A stretch of 64,000 nucleotides of DNA from NCBI GenBank assembly GCA_030390025.1, contig CM059432.1, positions 1,550,001-1,614,000 on the forward strand, written 5' to 3'. This stretch comes from Squalus acanthias (lineage: Eukaryota). Shown in pieces: positions 58,410-64,000 of this stretch. The stretch's first letter is position 1, and the number at the start of each line of letters is the position of its first letter. Both the position numbers and the translations under genes were made by a program. The notes beneath the pieces were generated by a model. That model saw only the letters and a program-made list of their open reading frames with translations, made no database searches and was not told the origin of the DNA.

Positions 58410-59609
58410 CAGCAAGCAATTGGGAAGGCAAATGATATGTTGGCCTTTATTGCAAGGGGGTTGGAGTATAAGAATAAGAAGTGGTGCTGCAATTGTACAG
58501 GGCCTTGGTGAGACCACACCTGGAGTACTGTGCACAGTTTTGGTTTCCTTATCTGAGGAAGGATGTACTTGCCTTGGAGGCGGTGCAACGAAGGTTCACT
58601 AGATTGATTCCTGGGATGAGAGAGCTGTCCTATGATGAGAGATTGAGTAGATTGGCCCTATACTCTCTGGAGTTTAGAGGAGTTCTGGTCACCACATTAC
58701 AGGAAAGATGTGATTGCACTAGAGAGGGTACAGAGGAGATTTACAAGGATGTTGCCGGGAGTAGAGAATCTTAGCTATGAGGAAAGACTGGATAGGCTGG
58801 GTTTGTTTTCCTTGGAACAGAGGAGGCTGAGGGGAGACCTTATTGAGGTGTATAAAATTATGAGGGGCCTAGATAAAGTGGATAGAAAGGACCTCTTTCC
58901 CTTAGCAGAGGGGTCAAAAACCAGGCGGCACAGATTTAAAGTAATTGGTGGAAGGTTTAGAGGGGATTTGAGGGGAAATTTCTTCACCCAGAGGGTTGTG
59001 GGGGTCTGGAACTCACTGTCTGAAAGGGTGGTAGAGGTAGGAACCCTAACCACATTTAAAAAGTACTTGGATGTGCACTTGGATGCTCTAACCTGCAGGG
59101 CTACGGACCAAGAGCTGGGAAGTGGGATTAGGCTGGATAGCTCTTTGTTGGCCGGCGCGGACACGATGGGCCAAAATGGCCTCCTTCCGTGCTGTAACTT
59201 TCTATGATTCTATGAGTGAGAGGTGATCTCATTGAAACATATAAGATTCTGAGGGGGATTGACAGGGTAGATGCTGAGAGATTGCTTCCCCTGGCTGGAG
59301 AGTCTAGACCTAGGGGGCAGAGTCTCAGGATAAGGGGCCGGCCTTTTAAGACTGAGATGACGAGGAATTTCTTCACTCAGAGGGTGGTGAATCTTTGGAA
59401 TTCTCTACCCCAGAGGGCTGTGGATTCTCAGTCATTGAGTATATTCAAGGCTGAGATCGATAGATTTTTGGACTCTAGGGGAATCGAGGGATATGGAGAT
59501 TGGATGGGAAAGTGGAGTTGAGGTCGAAGATCAGCCATGATCTTATTGAATGGCGGAGCAGGCTCGAGGGGCCGTATGGCCGACTCCTGCTCCTAATTCT
59601 TATGTTCTA
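58410..59609 (+). mobile_element. CR1 fragment with a younger CR1 (58681-59213) nested in it, ending ~21 nt before exon 9
   Basis: ORFs 58481-58774, 58710-59207 and 59216-59521; host frame EFR...MRGDLIE split by the insert. Confidence 0.87.
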
Positions 59610-59630
59610 ATGTGAGGATTAATTGTTTAG

Positions 59631-59721
59631 GATATACTGCGAGGACAAACACACATTCCTGCAGGACTGCGAAGATGATGGCGAGACAGCAGCTGGCGGG
59701 CGCCTTCTGCATCTGATGCAG
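59631..59721 (+). CDS. IMPACT: IMPACT coding exon 9 (IYCEDKHTFLQDCEDDGETAAGGRLLHLMQ)
   Basis: TTTAG acceptor, GTAACA donor; 91 nt; DDGETAAG motif of UPF0029. Confidence 0.97.
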
Positions 59722-59791
59722 GTAACAGAGTGCTTAATAACATTTAATAGAGGTCCTTTGTCGCTGTGGAAATATGGGCTGTTGTTACCAT

Positions 59792-59926
59792 CAATGTTCC
59801 CTGTCATTTTTTTTTTGAGTGCACGGGCCCTTTAACTGGCTGCGCGGCCCATTCAGTTTTTCGCACGTGTGCGGTTATTACCAACGTAAAGCCGGTGAGC
59901 GGCCGCGCAGATTAACGGGATCGTTG
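59792..59926. mobile_element. hAT-like MITE, ~135 bp
   Basis: Termini CAATGTTCCC...GGGATCGTTG; degenerate 8-bp TSD GTTACCAT/GTTGCCGT. Confidence 0.65.
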
Positions 59927-61512
59927 GTTGCCGTATAGTTTTACCATCCAGCTTCCTTAAGCTAGAGATCGAATTATGTTGTTTCAGTGTCATGTTCATT
60001 TTCACTCTCCATGATTATTGATTCATCAACTCATACAGCGCGGCAGGAGGCCATTCAGCCCATCGTGCCTGTGCTAGCTCTTTAAGAACATAAGAAATAG
60101 GAGCAGGCGTCAGCCATTCGGCCCCTCGAGCCTGCTCCGCCATTCAATAAGATCATGGCTGATCTTCTACTTCATCTCCACTTTCCTGCCCGATCCCCAT
60201 ATCCCTTGATTCCCTTAATATCCAAAAATCTATCGATCTCAGTCATGAATATACTCGACGACTGAGCCTCCACAGCCCTCTGGGGTAGAGAATTCCAAAG
60301 ATTCACCACCCTCTGAGTGAAGAAATTTCTCCTCATCTCAGTCCTAAATGGCCGACCCCTTATTCTGAGACTGTGACCCCTGGTTCTAGACTCCCCAGCC
60401 ATGGGGAAACAACCTCCCTGCATCTACCCTGTTAAGCCCTGTAAGAATTTTGTATGTTTCAATGAGATTGTATGTTTGAACGAGCTCTCCAATTAGTCCC
60501 ACTCCCCCCTGCTCTTTCCCCACAGTCCTGCAATTTTTTTCCCTTCCAGTATTTATCCAACTCCCTTTTGAATGTCACTATTGAATCTGCTTCCACCGCC
60601 CTTTCAGGCAGCGCGTTCCAGATCACAACTTGCTGCGTAAAAATATTTTTCCTTAAATCTGTGTTCCTGATCCTCCAGCTAATGGAAACAGTTTCTCCTT
60701 ATTTACTCTTATCAAAACCCTTGCATTATAATTAATGTATGAATCAAACCTATCTATTTCCGCCCATCCCCTCTATTTTCGCCTCGGCATTCTACTTATT
60801 CTTGGTTAGAGAAATCAGAACAATTTCAGTCGATGCCACTATTGGTCAATAATTCATGAGATGCCCCAGTCTCAGTAGAGAGTCAGACAAGATTGGTGTT
60901 TTAAAATGTGCATGCTGTACAATACTGACTTCTCCCAGTTCAACACAAACAAACAGCTCTAATTTTCCAGCCCATTCCTACGCTGATTTATTCAACTGTA
61001 TCATGTTTAATTAAATTGTTATATATCAAAGAAGATTAGAGACACAGAAAGCAGACTGAATACATGCCGACCGAACGAGTAAAATCACAGCTTCCCTTTC
61101 ACAAGTCATTAGTAATCAAATTAAATGGTATTATGAAGGGTTTTGATCGAGTATTGTGTCCAATTCTGAGCACCACACTTTAGGAAGGATGTCAAGGCCT
61201 TGGAGAGGGTGCAGAGGAGATTTACTGGAATTGTACCAGGGATGGGGGACTTCAGTTATGTGGAGATTTTTTGGGCTTTTTTTTGCCAATTATCTTCAAT
61301 CTGTGTCCTCTGGTTACCGACCCTCCTGCCAGTGGAAACAGTTTCTCCTTATTTACTCTATCAAAACCCCTTCATGATTTTGAACACCTCTATTAAATCT
61401 CCCCTTAACCTTCTCTGCTCTAAGGAGAACAACCCCAGCTTCTCCAGTATAAAAAACAGATAATGCTGGAAATACTCAGCCGGCCAGGCAGCATCTGTGG
61501 AGAGAGAAACAG

Positions 61513-61549
61513 AGTTAACATTTCAGGTCGATGACCTTTCGTCAGAACC
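61513..61549 (-). ncRNA. Minimal type I hammerhead ribozyme motif in a Penelope-like remnant (61450-61592)
   Basis: Minus strand ggtt-CTGACGA-a-AGGTC-atc-GACCT-GAAA-t-GTT-aact: intact core, perfect 5-bp stem II, 4-bp stem I. Confidence 0.68.
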
Positions 61550-61764
61550 ATTTATTTCAGATTTCCAGCATCCGCAGTATTTTGCTTTTGTATCAGTGCA
61601 GTTTCTCTAGTCTCTCCATATAACTGAAGTCCCTGGAACCATTCTGGTCAATCTCCTCTGACCCCTCTCCAAGACCTTGACATCCTTCCTAAAGTGTGGT
61701 GCTCAAAATTGGACACAATACTCCAGCTGGGGCCTAACCAGTGAATTATAAAGGTTTTCTTATA

Positions 61765-62393
61765 AGAACATAAGAAATAGGAGCAGGAGTAGGCCATTCG
61801 GCCCCTCGAGCCTGCTCGACCATTCAATAAGATAATGGCTGATCTGGTCTTGTCCTCAACTCCACTTCCCTGCCCGCCCCCATAACCCTTGACTCCCTTA
61901 TCGTTCAAAAATCTGTCTATCTCCACCTTAAATATATTCAATGACTCCGCCTCCACAGCTCTCTGGGGAAGAGAATTCCAAAGATTCACGATCCTCTGAA
62001 AGAAGAAATTCCTCCTCATCTCTGTTTTAAATGGGCGACCCCTTATTCTGAAACTATGCCCCCGAGTTCTAGATTCCCCCACGGGGGGAAACATCCTCCC
62101 TGCATCTAGCCTTTCAAGCCCCCTCAGAATCTTATATGTTTCAATAAGATCACCTCTCATTCTTCTAAACTCCAATGAGTATAGGCCCAACCTGCTCAAC
62201 CTTTCCTCATAAGACAACCAGTTCATCTCAGGAATCAACCTTGTGAACCTTCTCTGAACTGCCTCCAATGCAAGTATATCCCTCCTTAAATAAGGAGACC
62301 AAAACTGTGCGCAGTACTCCAGGTGTGGTCTCACCAATACCCTGTACAGTTGTAGCAAGACTTCCCTACTTTTCTACTCCATCCTCCTTGTAA
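61765..62393 (-). mobile_element. CR1 LINE 3' fragment
   Basis: ORF 61648-62358 [26 protein letters not shown]. Confidence 0.9.
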
Positions 62394-62421
62394 TAATGTG
62401 ACATTTTTATAAATTGATCTT

Positions 62422-63181
62422 GGGCCAGAAATTCGGGTCCCCACGGGTGAGTACGCGCGCTGTGTACTCACCCGTAGACCCAACGAAAGTGCCGGTTTTG
62501 CGCATGCACTGCGCATGCGCTGGAAACCGGAACTTCCGTTCCCCTGAAGGAAGGGGTTCAGAGGTTGAACGCGTGCGCCGAGAGGCAGCACGCACGCAGC
62601 GAACTTCGGTTTTTTTTCAGGTTTCTCTGTGAGGGTAAGTACGGAGAAGCTGCGCAGGAAAAAGGAGGCGCAAGGCCTGCTTTTAACAAGGTAAGTGGTG
62701 AATTAAGTACAATTTAAACATTTTTTCAACAGGTTTATCTTTTTTACATACTTTAAAGAAAGGTAAGTTTATTTTTAGCACCGTTAAAAGGTGTAATTAA
62801 TTTTTTCAAAAATTTAAATTTTTGTTTAAAGTAGTTAATTTATGTAATTTATAGTTATTTTAAAAATGTGATGTTTTTTTTATTTATTTGAAGTTTTAGT
62901 GAGGTTTTGGGGCCGATCTCTATTCATAGATTTGACAGGTCTTCCTGTCAAAATCTGTGAATGGAGATTCCCTGCTCCGATTGGCTCTCCATGGCCCACG
63001 TGATCCCAGCGGACGCTTCGAACTAACTGTGCCCCTGGGATACGCAAGCACTGCACCGGCAGCTGCAGGAGGCCCAGGAGCCGAATTCCACGCGGGCCCG
63101 AAGCACAACGGCAGGCGCGGTAGCTAAGTACGCGCGCGATCCTTGCACCCGCGGGAAGCCGGAGAGACGAATTTCTGACCC
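62422..63181. mobile_element. Non-autonomous DNA transposon (MITE, possibly PIF/Harbinger-like), ~760 bp
   Basis: TIRs GGGCCAGAAATTCG / CGAATTTCTGACCC (13/14); CpG-rich subterminal regions and AT-rich core. Confidence 0.7.
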
Positions 63182-63270
63182 CTTGTCTTTCATGAATATT
63201 TCTACCAGCAACAGGGTTATCAATAAAGATTAAAAGACTCTCTTTCTTATGTATTGTTTTGCTTCAACAG

Positions 63271-63405
63271 ATTTTAGACGCACGCAATGTGCTGGTGGTA
63301 GTTTCACGGTGGTATGGGGGTATTCTGCTTGGCCCAGACCGCTTCAAACATATCAATAACTGTGCAAGAAATATACTCGTCGATGAAGGTTACAGCGAAT
63401 TGGCG
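63271..63405 (+). CDS. IMPACT: IMPACT coding exon 10 (ILDARNVLVVVSRWYGGILLGPDRFKHINNCARNILVDEGYSELA); gene continues past the window
   Basis: AACAG acceptor, GTAAGA donor; 135 nt; VVVSRWYGGILLGPDRFKHI signature; no stop codon yet. Confidence 0.97.
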
Positions 63406-63469
63406 GTAAGACCTAACACTTAATACAAAATAGCTCAGAAAGAGGTGGGGACGTGAATGACTGCAGATG

Positions 63470-63930
63470 ATACCAGAACTGAGAGGTTATAACTATCAGG
63501 AAAGACTGAACAGGCTGAGGCTCTTTTCTCTAGAAAAGAGAAGACTGAGCGGTGACCAGATAGAGGTCTTTAAAATTATGAAAGGGGTTCGATAGGGTAG
63601 ACGTAGAGATGTTTCCACTTGTGGGGGACTCGAAAACTAGGGGCCATAAATATAAGACAGTCACCAATAAATCCAATCGGGAATTCAGGAGAAACTTCTT
63701 CCCCCAGAGAGTGGTGAGAATGTGGAACTCGCTACCACAGGGAGTGGTTGAGGCGAATAGTATCGATGCATTTAAGGGGAGGCTAGATAAACACCTGAGG
63801 GAGAAAGGAATAGAAGGATATGCTGATAGGGTGAGATGAAGAGGGGTGGGAGGAGGCTGGTGTGGAACATAAACACTGGCACGGAGCAGTTATGGCGAAT
63901 GGCCTGTTTCAGTGCTGTAGATTTTATGTA
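63470..63930 (+). mobile_element. CR1 LINE 3' fragment
   Basis: FPLVGDSKTRGHKYK...FFPQRVVRMWNSLP. Confidence 0.85.
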
Positions 63931-64000
63931 ATTAAGCTGCTGGCTTTATGTCTCAACTAATGCAGTTCAGGAAAATACAGTGGGCTATTGGTGAAAGTTT

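Noticed and set aside
62422..63181. Internal CpG-island promoter (GCGCATGCGC, CCGGAA motifs)
   Set aside because: The CpG-rich parts lie within a TIR-bounded MITE; similar patches at about 1900-2090, 26130-26365 and 43590-43960 also look like MITE remnants

Overview
Vertebrate genomic DNA, very probably from a cartilaginous fish (shark-type CR1 and L2 LINEs, SacSINE1-like DeuSINEs, Penelope-like elements), mostly transposon-derived. The one host gene I can support is IMPACT (RWD domain plus ancient UPF0029/YigZ-like domain; GCN1-binding inhibitor of GCN2) on the + strand. Ten coding exons from ATG 19951 to 63405 splice in frame at GT-AG sites into 295 codons; the last exon lies beyond the window. 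Almost all long ORFs in the supplied track are retroelement fragments or artefacts of a 33-bp minisatellite. Main observations: (1) a 33-bp unit inside the DeuSINE has expanded independently into tandem arrays at about eight loci, including a 3.5-kb array with ~1.4-kb higher-order structure; (2) Penelope-like ends carry four minimal hammerhead-ribozyme motifs; (3) two out-of-frame upstream AUGs overlap the IMPACT start codon; (4) there is also a solo LTR, a 5'-inverted RTE insertion, an L2-derived 34/35-bp minisatellite, nested MITEs, inverted repeats flanking exons and candidate enhancers. Repeat family names come from recognition by eye, not database search, and repeat boundaries are approximate.
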